A stretch of DNA of 64,000 nt from the NCBI GenBank assembly GCA_044229845.1, contig JBGASG010000002.1, positions 288,001-352,000 of the forward strand. Direction: 5' to 3'. The notes below the pieces were generated by a model. The model did no database searches and was not told the DNA's origin. It was given only the letters and a program-made list of their open reading frames with translations. Each line of letters opens with the position of its first letter. Position 1 is the stretch's first letter. The position numbers were made by a program, and so were the translations under genes. The stretch comes from Candidatus Obscuribacteraceae bacterium (GTDB taxonomy: Bacteria; Cyanobacteriota; Vampirovibrionia; Obscuribacterales; Obscuribacteraceae). Positions 42,101 to 51,133 of this stretch are shown piece by piece.

Positions 42101-45100
42101 TCGGCAGAACTCGGAGCCACAGCCGACTGGGGCAGGGGCTGCGCGAATTGCTGCGGCTGCGCGTGTTGTGGGAACTGCGGTTGGGCGTATTGCTGCGGTT
42201 GGGCAAACTGCTGCATCGGCAACGGTTGCACCGGGATTTGCATTTGCGGTTGCTGGAATTGTTGGAACTGCGGTGCCTGGAACTGCGGTTGCGGGAACTG
42301 CGGCATCTGCGGAGCATAGCCTTGCGGCTGGGCCCCCAGGTAAGCCAGCATGACACGCTGTTGAGTTTCGAGGAAGCTCTGCGTCATCTGCAGCATGGTT
42401 TGCTGGAATTGCATCATCACGGCTGCCGAAGCCGGGTCGATGCCGGCTCTGCCGGCTGCCGGGAGCACCGGCATGGGCACCGCCGTGGGCAGAGCGTAGG
42501 CGGTGGGAGCGGGCACGCCTTGCGGTGCGCCTTGCTGGGCAGGCACCGCCTGTGATGCGGGCAGCGGGCGACCGATTGCCGCCGCTTGTGGTTGCATTGC
42601 AGACACTGGGGGCGGCGGTTTGGGCAACGCATTCGCTGTTGCTTGCACCAGCGGCTGAGCGGGCAGCGGAGCGTGCTGTCCGTGTCCATTGCCGTTCCCA
42701 TTGCCATGACCGTTGCCGTGGCCGTTGCCATTGCCGTTACCGTTGCCACCGAAGGGCTCAGATATCGTTCCGGAGATCGGTTGCATATTGACGTGACCCG
42801 ACGTTTTGCCGTTTCCGCCGTTGTTTCCGTTTGCGCCATTGTCCATGGGGCCAGTCGTCGCTCCCTGTATCTTCTTGAACGTCGCCGACACAGCTTGCTG
42901 TGTCGAAGGCGTTCCTATCCGCTTGATCTGCGCGCTGTTGACGCGATAAATCAATTTGCCGCGAGCCGCTTTGGGCTGCCGCTCAAAATCTGCTTCCAGC
43001 GCCCGGGTCGCTATTCCCGGACGACTAAACAATCTGGAAAGGTCAGCCCGCACGCCATGAACCAGCAATTGAGCCAGCACATGCTGCAACTGTGTGATGC
43101 CATGCTTGCCGTTGCGATCGCTCGCCACAGCCACATGCTCACGGTCTTCCAGAATTGCGGAGACGAGTCCGGTCAGCACTTGCCCGGGACCCACTTCGAT
43201 AAATATGCGTGCTCCGTCGTCATGCATGCGCTGCACTTCGCCGACGAAGTTGACCGGCTCTACCAGGTGCTGAGCCAGGGACGACGCAAACTTGCCTTCG
43301 TGCGGGACAGTGGTCGTGTTGGAGTAGACCGGCAGCTCAGGTTCACGGAACTCGATCTTCTTAAGGGCGGTTTCCAGTTCGGTGCGGGCAGCCTGCATGA
43401 GTGGGCTGTGGAAAGCAGCCGAAACTGCGATTGGCTTGTTCGCCACACCCTCGCGGGTGAGCGCTTCGCACGCATCTTTGATATCAGCATGCGCACCGGA
43501 AATGATTGTCTGGTTGGGAGCGTTGATGTTGGCGATCACCACGCCGGGATGCGACTTCAGCGCTGTCTTCACTTTATCGGCTGGCGCGGCGACGGCAGCC
43601 ATGGTGCCGGTCTCGCCACCCACAGGACGAGCCAGGAGGCGTCCGCGCAACTCCGAGATATCAAACAGATCTTGTTGCGAGACGGAACCGGCCGCGTAGA
43701 GGGCGACGTACTCGCCGTAGCTGTGTCCCGCCACCATATTCGGTGTGACGCCGAGTGCAGCAAGCAAGTGGAACATAGCCAGGTCGGCCGCACCAACAGC
43801 CGGTTGGGCCACGTGTGTATCGGTGAGCGCGGTCTGCTGCTGCTTGCGTTCTTCGTCGCTGAAAGCCGGTGCCGGATAGACGTAATTGCTCAGCGGTGCC
43901 GCATAGCATTTAGCCAGTTGCTTGTCGGCAGCGGTGAACGTGTCGCGGATCTCCGGGAAGTAGAGGGAGAGTTGCCGCAGCATGTCGACGCGCTGCGAAC
44001 CCTGTCCCGGGAAAAGGAAAGCAATCTTGCCGGCTGGCGCCAGTGGTTTCTCCACAAAGAAAATGCCGCGCGGGTCATTTATAAATGCAACGCCTTCATC
44101 TAATTTGACAGCCGCGAAAGCGGCTTTGGTTTCCAGGTCAGCGGCGCTTTGCGCCACGATAGCCACGGTCAAGGCGGCATCGGAGCGCTCAGCGGCGCGC
44201 GTGTAGAGGTTGTAGGACAGGTCTGCCAGGGCGCGCGCATCATCGCTGGTGCACTGCGAACGAGCGCTGTCGGACTGCTGTGCCACCAATTTTTTGGCAG
44301 TTTCCTGAGCCGCATGCAGAGCTTTGCTCAGGTCGGCTTTGGTGTTAGCACGCCAGACAAACAGTTCAGTCGGCAGCGTCTCTGAGACTGTCTCAGGGTC
44401 GCTGCTCGGATGTCCGGTGTACTCTTCCAGAACGGTGTGGAAATTGGTGCCGCCAAATCCGAAAGCGCTGACGCCGGCACGGCGCGGCTGCTCTGCGGTG
44501 TGCACCCAGGGACGCGCTTCCGAGTTGATGTAGAACGGGCTTTCTTCAAAGCGGCAGCTCGGGTTGGGCTGCTGGACGCCGATTGTCGGCGGCAAAACTT
44601 TATGGTGTAGCGACTTGGCGATTTTTATCAGCGAGGCCAGTCCGGCGGCGCACTTGCTGTGCCCGATGTTGGTCTTCACCGAACCTATGGCGCAAGCGCG
44701 GTCAGCCGCATCGTGGGCACGGAAGACGCGAGTCAATGCTTCGACTTCGGCTCTGTCACCAGCTACGGTGCCGGTGCCATGAGCTTCGACCAGTTCGACG
44801 GTGGAAGGCGAGAGTCCGGCGTCTTCGTAGGCGCGATTGAGTGCCACCATCTGCCCGGCCGGACGCGGCGCAGTCAAGCTCAGGTCGCGGCCGTCGCTGC
44901 TGCCGCCGATGCCTTTGATCACGGCGTAAATCTTGTCGCCGTCGCGCTCCGCGTCGGAGAGACGCTTGAGGACAAGCATGGCAATGCCTTCGGAGATGAC
45001 GATGCCGTCGGCGGTGGCATCGAAGGTGCGGCAACGTCCACCAGGCGACAGTGCATGCGTGTTGCTGAAACTCAGGTAGTCGCCGGGCTGGTTGTGAGTG

Positions 45101-47907
45101 TCGGTGGCGCCCAGCAAGACGACATCGCTGGTGCCGGCGCGCAACTCGTTGATGCCTACGTATAAGGCAGCCAGTGATGAGGCGCAGGCTGCATCGACGG
45201 CGAAGTTGATACCGCCGAGGTCAAAGCGGTTGGCGACTCTGCCGGCGGTGACGTTGCCCAGATAACCAGGGAAGGAGTCTTCGCTCCACTCGGGCAATTG
45301 CGACTCGATGTATTTCTTGGTGGTCTCGTCCATGTCGTGCAGCTTCCAGCCGAGCATGGAGCGCAGCGAATAAAGAGCGGTGATCGGTCCGTGTCCGGCG
45401 TTGGCCAGCAGCACAGAAGTCTTCTGACGGGCAAAGCCGCGCTTGCTGTAGCCGGCGTCGGCAAGCGCCGCCTGCGTGATTTCCAGCAAGAGCACTTGCA
45501 TGGGATCTATAGATGCCAAACTGCTCGGCGGAATTCCGTACTTAGATGGATCGAAGACGACGTCTTCCAAAAACCCGCCCCACTTCGAGATGACGCGATC
45601 TTTGTCGAGCGGATCGGTGGTGTAGTAGTTGCGCCAGTCCCATTGATATTCCGGCACTTCTTCAATGGCATCGACCTTATTGAGGATGTTCTGCCAGTAG
45701 GTTTCAACGTCATTGGCTTTCGGGAACATGCAGGACATGCCGATGATGGCAATCGGCTCGGACGGCTTGCGCGACTTTTGAGCATCGTTGACCGAGACGG
45801 TGATGCTGCGCACTTGCTTGTCCAGTATCTGCTTGCCGCCCGCAGCAATCTCTTCATGCAGTTCGGCGATGGTGATCACGCGGTCATGCATGGCGGCCAC
45901 CTGGCCGATCATATACATGCCGCTCGCCCACTGCTCGTCATCGTTGATCGAGATCAGTCCATCGGCAGTGGTTTTGCCCTGCGCGCGGCTCAGTCCCTTG
46001 CTGGCAATACGCAGGCGACCGAGATTCATCATCTCCAGTTCCTGGCGAATTTCTTCGCGTCCCTTGCTTTGCGACTCGAGGTTGCGACGCTGTTCGTCGA
46101 ATATCGATTTATATGGCGAGTCGATGCATCTGATCGAATGTCCGGGACCGGTCTCCAGCAAGACCGTTTCATCACACTGAATAGCGGCTTCCTGAAAGCG
46201 TTTGACAATGGCGCCGGCATCGACGGCTTCTTGAGTGAACAGGTAAGCAGTGCCGACCAGCACGCCGACCTTGACGCCCCGCGCCGCCAGTGGGGCGGAG
46301 AGGGTGGCCACCATGGCCGCGGACAATCCGTCATGGATGCCGCCGGCAAAAAGCACGTGGTAGGCACCGGCATCTTCGCGCGGTGCGATGCTGGAAAGCA
46401 GCACATCGACCATCGATTCCCAGAGCACGAAGCTGCTGCGCGGTCCGACGTGCCCGCCGCATTCTTTGCCTTCAAAGATGAACCGGCGCGAACCCATCTC
46501 GACAAACGACTTGAGCAGAAGCGGCGACGGCACATGCAGATAGGTGGTGATGCCGCCATCTTCCATGGCTTTCGCCTGGTCCGGACGTCCGCCGGCGATC
46601 AGAGCAAATGGCGGTTTGTACCGCTCGATCACTTCCATCTGTTCCTGGCGCAACTGCTGCGGGACAAACCCGAGCATGCCGACGCCCCACGGCAAGTCGC
46701 CGAGAGCCTCTTTGGTTTCTTTAATCAGTTTTTCGATCTCGCGAGCGCGCATCAGCGCCAGTGCGAGAAACGGCAACGCGCCGCCTTCTGCAACTTTGAG
46801 CGCGAACTCGGCCGTGTCGCTGACCCGGGTCATGGCGCCTTGTACGATCGGATACTTGGTCTTGTGCGAGCGAGCCAGAGGTGAGTCCGCCCCAACGATC
46901 TCGACCTGGGTGGATTGAGTGAGGTGTTCCTTCACAGCATCGCGCAGACCGTCGATGACACCGGCAGTAGTGCCGAAGCGATCAGCGAACGAAGAGGCAA
47001 AAGCGACATCTTGTCCGGCGGCGAGGATAAAATCCTTGCCGTTGACGTCGTCGTCGGCCGTCAGTTCTTGCTTGATCGCCGCCAGCCAACCCAACGACTT
47101 CGTTTCTTCCGAAAGCGGCTTCGAGCCTGGCACGTCCATTTTTTTGGTCAGGTCCTGCAATGCATCATGGGCGGTGCTGCCGGCGCGCGCGTAGATGCGC
47201 CATGTCTGGCGCTGGGGTCCGGTGAAAATCTGCGATTCGGTGCCGTCCATGCGCGACAGTTTTACTTTCAGCGGCAGCGGCAAAATCGACTCGCGCACCA
47301 GAGCCAGCTGCCAGTCGAGCACCACGCCCTGAGCGCCGGCGGTGCGGCAGGCAGCCGCGGTGTGGACGCCGACGCCGCCATGTGCCCAGAACGGCACTTT
47401 CACTTCTTGCGCCAGGCGCTGCAAGAGAACAAAAGTTGTTTCTTCCCCGACTCGTCCGCCCGCTTCGTGTCCCTTGGCGATCAAAGCGTCGCAGCCGGCG
47501 GTCTCAGCCAGGCGAGCTTCCTTGAGCGAAGTCACTTCCACAAAAGACAGCCAGCCGCAAGCTCTCACCAGTTTGACGGCGGCTTCCAAATCAACGCGTT
47601 CAATCTGCGGCGCGCCGGCGGTCACAATGATGAGCGTGCTCTCGGGCAGTGCCAGCGTATCAAGCTGGTCGGAGAGGCGGCGAAACTGTTCGGCACCGCA
47701 TTTGATACCAAGCCCGGAATTGACGGAAGCGGCGGCCGCGGCGGCGGTCAAAGACTGCACGGCGGCAAAAGCGGCGGCGTCGTCGAGCAATTCGACATCG
47801 ACCACACCAAAGGCGCCGGCGCGTGCAGCGGCGATCGCGATGGCGGGATTCGCAAAGGACTCCTGGCGGTGCGCAGGCTGGACAGCGATGATACCGAAAC
47901 TCGACAT
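39109..47907 (-). CDS. Iterative Pfa/HglE-like type I PKS: tandem FabK/PfaD-like ER, KS, AT, ACP, KR, DH
   Basis: KGHEAGGRVG and QGAMTRVSD..ECGGHVG..AGGIHD (NMO/FabK TIM barrels); DAACASS, EAHGTGT, IGHSK; GHSYGE, AFHS; DLGIDSIKRVEI; TGGARGIT, DYVSAN; DHKFDGVPVLP, FDSAMQ. Confidence 0.95.
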   Translation of the reverse strand: MSSFGIIAVQPAHRQESFANPAIAIAAARAGAFGVVDVELLDDAAAFAAVQSLTAAAAAASVNSGLGIKCGAEQFRRLSDQLDTLALPESTLIIVTAGAPQIERVDLEAAVKLVRACGWLSFVEVTSLKEARLAETAGCDALIAKGHEAGGRVGEETTFVLLQRLAQEVKVPFWAHGGVGVHTAAACRTAGAQGVVLDWQLALVRESILPLPLKVKLSRMDGTESQIFTGPQRQTWRIYARAGSTAHDALQDLTKKMDVPGSKPLSEETKSLGWLAAIKQELTADDDVNGKDFILAAGQDVAFASSFADRFGTTAGVIDGLRDAVKEHLTQSTQVEIVGADSPLARSHKTKYPIVQGAMTRVSDTAEFALKVAEGGALPFLALALMRAREIEKLIKETKEALGDLPWGVGMLGFVPQQLRQEQMEVIERYKPPFALIAGGRPDQAKAMEDGGITTYLHVPSPLLLKSFVEMGSRRFIFEGKECGGHVGPRSSFVLWESMVDVLLSSIAPREDAGAYHVLFAGGIHDGLSAAMVATLSAPLAARGVKVGVLVGTAYLFTQEAVDAGAIVKRFQEAAIQCDETVLLETGPGHSIRCIDSPYKSIFDEQRRNLESQSKGREEIRQELEMMNLGRLRIASKGLSRAQGKTTADGLISINDDEQWASGMYMIGQVAAMHDRVITIAELHEEIAAGGKQILDKQVRSITVSVNDAQKSRKPSEPIAIIGMSCMFPKANDVETYWQNILNKVDAIEEVPEYQWDWRNYYTTDPLDKDRVISKWGGFLEDVVFDPSKYGIPPSSLASIDPMQVLLLEITQAALADAGYSKRGFARQKTSVLLANAGHGPITALYSLRSMLGWKLHDMDETTKKYIESQLPEWSEDSFPGYLGNVTAGRVANRFDLGGINFAVDAACASSLAALYVGINELRAGTSDVVLLGATDTHNQPGDYLSFSNTHALSPGGRCRTFDATADGIVISEGIAMLVLKRLSDAERDGDKIYAVIKGIGGSSDGRDLSLTAPRPAGQMVALNRAYEDAGLSPSTVELVEAHGTGTVAGDRAEVEALTRVFRAHDAADRACAIGSVKTNIGHSKCAAGLASLIKIAKSLHHKVLPPTIGVQQPNPSCRFEESPFYINSEARPWVHTAEQPRRAGVSAFGFGGTNFHTVLEEYTGHPSSDPETVSETLPTELFVWRANTKADLSKALHAAQETAKKLVAQQSDSARSQCTSDDARALADLSYNLYTRAAERSDAALTVAIVAQSAADLETKAAFAAVKLDEGVAFINDPRGIFFVEKPLAPAGKIAFLFPGQGSQRVDMLRQLSLYFPEIRDTFTAADKQLAKCYAAPLSNYVYPAPAFSDEERKQQQTALTDTHVAQPAVGAADLAMFHLLAALGVTPNMVAGHSYGEYVALYAAGSVSQQDLFDISELRGRLLARPVGGETGTMAAVAAPADKVKTALKSHPGVVIANINAPNQTIISGAHADIKDACEALTREGVANKPIAVSAAFHSPLMQAARTELETALKKIEFREPELPVYSNTTTVPHEGKFASSLAQHLVEPVNFVGEVQRMHDDGARIFIEVGPGQVLTGLVSAILEDREHVAVASDRNGKHGITQLQHVLAQLLVHGVRADLSRLFSRPGIATRALEADFERQPKAARGKLIYRVNSAQIKRIGTPSTQQAVSATFKKIQGATTGPMDNGANGNNGGNGKTSGHVNMQPISGTISEPFGGNGNGNGNGHGNGHGNGNGNGHGQHAPLPAQPLVQATANALPKPPPPVSAMQPQAAAIGRPLPASQAVPAQQGAPQGVPAPTAYALPTAVPMPVLPAAGRAGIDPASAAVMMQFQQTMLQMTQSFLETQQRVMLAYLGAQPQGYAPQMPQFPQPQFQAPQFQQFQQPQMQIPVQPLPMQQFAQPQQYAQPQFPQHAQPQQFAQPLPQSAVAPSSADSNGHDPSGYAASGNGSDPHAHNHGNNGGDPSNEAADQSMNAEQLIAGLLEIVSQRTGYPPEMLDPALDLEADLGIDSIKRVEILNSFRKLLPQSTQDHLEGSLEQLAGTKTLQGIIDWIKSENIGGGGPAAQATAATDATAAAGTVSSPINSSNVASTEAGPTLAKEVSRGQVQLIAVSLEGKPAKITSAIVIGDGKGLAEKVSSKLKTEGASVTLLKSEDFASAETLQKKLTGVKAPIDAIVHLSALDVDGDDVEKSAQAVRSLFLLGKALHPHFSGSKQRVAVVSAVDLGGAFGFDGVKESPSTLPVSAAVVGLTKTFKKEWAHLQVRCVDFQSAVKPAQRAELILKELTHDCDVVEIAYQGEQRLGLDIVAVPVDTKLTSGMKLDKSSVILITGGARGITAEIAVELAEKYQPQIILVGRLPKPVDEEDASTAAFQTAREVKAAIMEKLKAQGKPVSVAGVETIYQQLMREREVRNNLARIRKAGASVMYNSVDVRDRKAFTEFIGNLYESFGNIDGVVHGAGIIEDAYIKDKTVESFDRVFFTKVNSAFSLASALRFDTLKFLTFFSSIVGRTGNAGQSDYVSANEVLNKLAQQLNQTTDARVASLLWGPWKAGMAQPELEEIFARYGWAMIEVGDGRRSFIEELQHGKKSDAEVMLVGKLSDTGGGSGGELLDASSVKAAGARLGQAQVRRAQPGEAEFEVTLSTGEDRYLDDHKFDGVPVLPMAFALELMSEAAIATFPGMTLRRITEMDIPSGLVFDTASKKMVVKVTAESHANQVVLARVSVSNASGKVHFKSLIELGASPSQTSGTTVTGATTSVPVAFHAPTLEQAEATPPTVKHIYTNYMFHGPAFQGITGLSALGIDGIVGSLAPSAPAECLQTPGATEWVIDPILFDSAMQLAGVWARHYLDITVLPTGFKALHYFKAPLGTTFTGRVFIPPDTGKTELLCDLAIYNEQNQLVMVVEGLGGIGNKSLNRFASQPKALRSGSSQ

Positions 47908-48167
47908 TTGAAATCCCATCAGCGGCAATGCAATCCTTTGCCGTTAAAAACTGCGTGCGCCATGAATTCGCAAAACCCGCAACACCGAACCTCTTCGGGC
48001 GTCATAGAGTATATAAATTCAAATAGGCGCAACCATTGAAGAGGTTTTAAGAAGCAAAGCAAAAAGCCTATGAGCGCCGTGTGAGAACTTGCCAACAGTT
48101 AAAGATTATGTTTTGTTACTCCGCCCAAAACGGCGCCGGTGCTCGATCAATATGCGCTGTCCATGCT

Positions 48168-49358
48168 TCAGGAAATGACAAGAGTTTCAGTTGGGCTTCG
48201 TAACTCATAGGTGATACCGCGCCACTGAATTCGGTTCGTGATTACGGAATACAAAGTTAACCAGGGCAAAACAAAATGGGCCAGGGGGATGGCCATACAG
48301 GAAGCAGCCAGCGACTCCTGCAGGTAGCTTTGGCGATCAGAGAGAACCCGTTGCCAGAGCCCACGGGCATGCAGCAAGAACCAGATTTCCACCGGGAAAA
48401 TGCAGGCGCCGGCCATGGTCGCAAGCCCGAAAGCCATATCGCCTGTAGCCAACCAACCGATGACGGCAAAAGACATGGCAAACAGCCAGACCGCCATCAG
48501 AGTTGCGCGCACGATGGCTCTCCGCCAGAGTTTCGGGTAATAGACCTTAGTGAGAATCAGCTGGCGGTTGGTCCACTCGAAAATTTCAGCAACGGTCTGG
48601 TCGCCGTCGCTTGCCACCAGGCATTGCGGTACGAAGTGAACGCGCAGTCCCAACTCTTTAACGGCGGTGGTGAGAGACAAATCATCATCACAGGCGCGGT
48701 CCCAATGGTCGGCCACACGCGCCTCTTCGAAGATCGAGCGGCGAATAGCCATGGCGCCGCCCCATGCGAATGCATCCGGACCAGCCATTTCCCAAGCCGA
48801 CATGCGATTCCAGAGAGAGCGAAGAACCGATGGCCAGTTGGTTACAGAGGCGATGTAAAACCGGTAACCGGTGCAGACGCCGATCTGCGGATTTTGCAAC
48901 GGAGCCACCAGATGACGAAGGAAGTCCTGACGGGCAATCACGTCGGCATCAACGAATACGATTACTTCCGTGTCGGATGAGACATCTTTAAGCGCTCGCA
49001 GCTGATTGTTGACCTTCTGTGCCCTCTGCGGATTGACGCCGGCGATCACGATCGCGGTGCGAACTTGATTTTGCTCGGCACAAATTTCCTTTAAAGCTGG
49101 ATATGCAGGATCGGCTTCGGAAGCTAAACAAAAGATCACCTGAAAGTCCGGGTAGTCTTGAGAGAGCAACTTGCGAATATTGTCGTGAAAACCGACGTCC
49201 AAACCCTTGCACGGGAGAATGACTGTGGTCCTGGGCACGTATGGCGCTAAGGGTCGATTTAGCTCCGCTTGTACATAGTTGAACAATCGCTTGAAGGCGA
49301 TCGATTGCACTACCGCTACGATGATGGTCATCGCCAGAAGCAAAAGAACAATCGTCAT
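48168..49358 (-). CDS. GT2/GT21 ceramide glucosyltransferase (HpnI-like) family glycosyltransferase
   Basis: N-terminal TM, ILPCKG, QKVNNQ, FVDAD, WGGAMA, DDDLSL, W..RQ, C-terminal TMs and I.WRG..Y; start placed at MTIVLL. Confidence 0.85.
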   Translation of the reverse strand: MTIVLLLLAMTIIVAVVQSIAFKRLFNYVQAELNRPLAPYVPRTTVILPCKGLDVGFHDNIRKLLSQDYPDFQVIFCLASEADPAYPALKEICAEQNQVRTAIVIAGVNPQRAQKVNNQLRALKDVSSDTEVIVFVDADVIARQDFLRHLVAPLQNPQIGVCTGYRFYIASVTNWPSVLRSLWNRMSAWEMAGPDAFAWGGAMAIRRSIFEEARVADHWDRACDDDLSLTTAVKELGLRVHFVPQCLVASDGDQTVAEIFEWTNRQLILTKVYYPKLWRRAIVRATLMAVWLFAMSFAVIGWLATGDMAFGLATMAGACIFPVEIWFLLHARGLWQRVLSDRQSYLQESLAASCMAIPLAHFVLPWLTLYSVITNRIQWRGITYELRSPTETLVIS

Positions 49359-49453
49359 AGAAAACCCTATAGGTGAGCTCCGGCTTCCGTCCGGAACTGG
49401 CAGTATAATGCCAAAATTCGATTTTTGTTGTCCTCGAAGACCGGAGACGATGC

Positions 49454-51133
49454 GTGTTTCGCAAGGTTCTATATTCAGCATTCAGCCTGCTCGGTGAGCG
49501 CCAGGTAAAACGCTTTATGCAGGCCAGCACTGAGCCGCGCGCCGCACAGCAGGCTCAATTGATGAGCATAATTTCAAGCAATAAAACGTCGCAGTTCGGG
49601 CGTCAACATGATTTCTCTTCAATCAAAGACATTCGTGACTTTCAGTCGGCAGTCCCGATCACTGATTACGAGGAGATGCGTCCCTGGGTCGAACGGGCGA
49701 CCGGTGGACAGTCGGCAGTTTTGACCAGCGACGACCCCGTCATGTTTGCCACTACCAGTGGTACCACAGCCCAGCCCAAATACATTCCGATAACCAAAGG
49801 ATATATCGAAGAGTTTCGCCGGGCATCAGTCGTATCGGGGTACTTCCTGCTAAAGAATTTCCCGCAGCTGGTCAACGGCACGACGCTTTCAGTCGTCTCC
49901 CCCGCCGAAGAGGGGCGCACGCCGGGGGGCACGCCCTACGGCGCTATTTCCGGGCAGCTGTTTCGCCAGGAGCCATTCCTTATAAAGAAGTACATCTCCC
50001 CTATTCCTTATGATGTGTTTTTGATCAAGGATTACGAGACCAAGTACTACACGCTTCTAAGATTGGCGCTGTCCCTGCCGGTTTCGGTCTTCTACACACT
50101 CAACCCGAGCACGATCGCCTTGCTCTGCCGGCGCCTGCAGAAATATGCACCGGATCTGGTGCGAGACATAAGAGACGGCACCATCACACCTCCCACTCCG
50201 CTTTCCCAAACAACGCTGGCGGCAGTGAAGCATTTTCTCTCGCCCGATCCGGCGCGGGCCGCGCAGCTGGCGCTGCTCGCCGAACAGGGTCAGTTCGTGC
50301 CCCACAAACTCTGGCCGACCTTGCAGGTCGTCTCCTGCTGGACCAAAGCAGCAGCCAGTTTTTATCTCGCCGACTTTCCGGAGTTTTTCGGGAAGGTGCC
50401 GGTCTGCGATATTACTTACGGCGCCAGCGAAGGACGCGGCACTGTATTCATCGGTCCCAATCAACAAATGCTGGCACTACTCTGTCACTTCTTCGAATTC
50501 ATAGCCGAAGACGAGATCGACAGCCCTCAGCCGCAGGTGCTGCTCGCCGATCAGTTAGAGCTGGGGCGCAATTACTTCATTTTGTTCACGACCTCGGGCG
50601 GACTCTATCGCTACAACATAAATGATGTCGTGAAGGTGGTCGGTTTTCACAACGCCACCCCACTTCTGGAATTCCAGTACAAAGGCGGCAACATCTGTTC
50701 CTTTACAGGAGAGAAAATCACCGAGTTGCAAGTCACGCGGGCGATGTCGGAAGCGATGGCGCAAACCGGCGTACAGACTCGTTTCTTCACGGTGCTGCCC
50801 GAGTTCAGACCCAACCCTCACTACGAAGTGTGGATCGAGCCGCTCGACCAGCTGCCACCACAGACAGTATCGATATTGACCAGCGCTTTTGACGAAATTC
50901 TCGGCAAGTTAAACGTCGAATACAAGACGAAACGTGACTCGTTACGACTGGACGATGTGTCGGCCAGACTGATCGCACCTGGCACCTATGAGAGTTTTCG
51001 CAAACACCTGGTGAGCGCCGGTGTCGCAGACGCACAAATCAAAGTCAGCCATCTCAATCCCAAGCAAGAGACGCGCGACTATTTCCAGCAGGCATTGATC
51101 AGTGAGGGCAGCACCGCATGGGCGACCGCATAA
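49454..51133 (+). CDS. GH3-family (auxin-responsive) acyl-adenylate/amide ligase
   Basis: VPITDYE, TTSGTT..PKYIP, YGASEG, FFEFI, GLYRYNINDVV, GEKITE. Confidence 0.92.
   Translation: MFRKVLYSAFSLLGERQVKRFMQASTEPRAAQQAQLMSIISSNKTSQFGRQHDFSSIKDIRDFQSAVPITDYEEMRPWVERATGGQSAVLTSDDPVMFATTSGTTAQPKYIPITKGYIEEFRRASVVSGYFLLKNFPQLVNGTTLSVVSPAEEGRTPGGTPYGAISGQLFRQEPFLIKKYISPIPYDVFLIKDYETKYYTLLRLALSLPVSVFYTLNPSTIALLCRRLQKYAPDLVRDIRDGTITPPTPLSQTTLAAVKHFLSPDPARAAQLALLAEQGQFVPHKLWPTLQVVSCWTKAAASFYLADFPEFFGKVPVCDITYGASEGRGTVFIGPNQQMLALLCHFFEFIAEDEIDSPQPQVLLADQLELGRNYFILFTTSGGLYRYNINDVVKVVGFHNATPLLEFQYKGGNICSFTGEKITELQVTRAMSEAMAQTGVQTRFFTVLPEFRPNPHYEVWIEPLDQLPPQTVSILTSAFDEILGKLNVEYKTKRDSLRLDDVSARLIAPGTYESFRKHLVSAGVADAQIKVSHLNPKQETRDYFQQALISEGSTAWATA

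Noticed and set aside
39700..48039. Long plus-strand ORFs (e.g. 42586-44103, 45298-46884, 46915-48039)
   Set aside because: Antisense shadows of the PKS gene with no protein motifs; the same applies to most short overlapping ORFs in the track.
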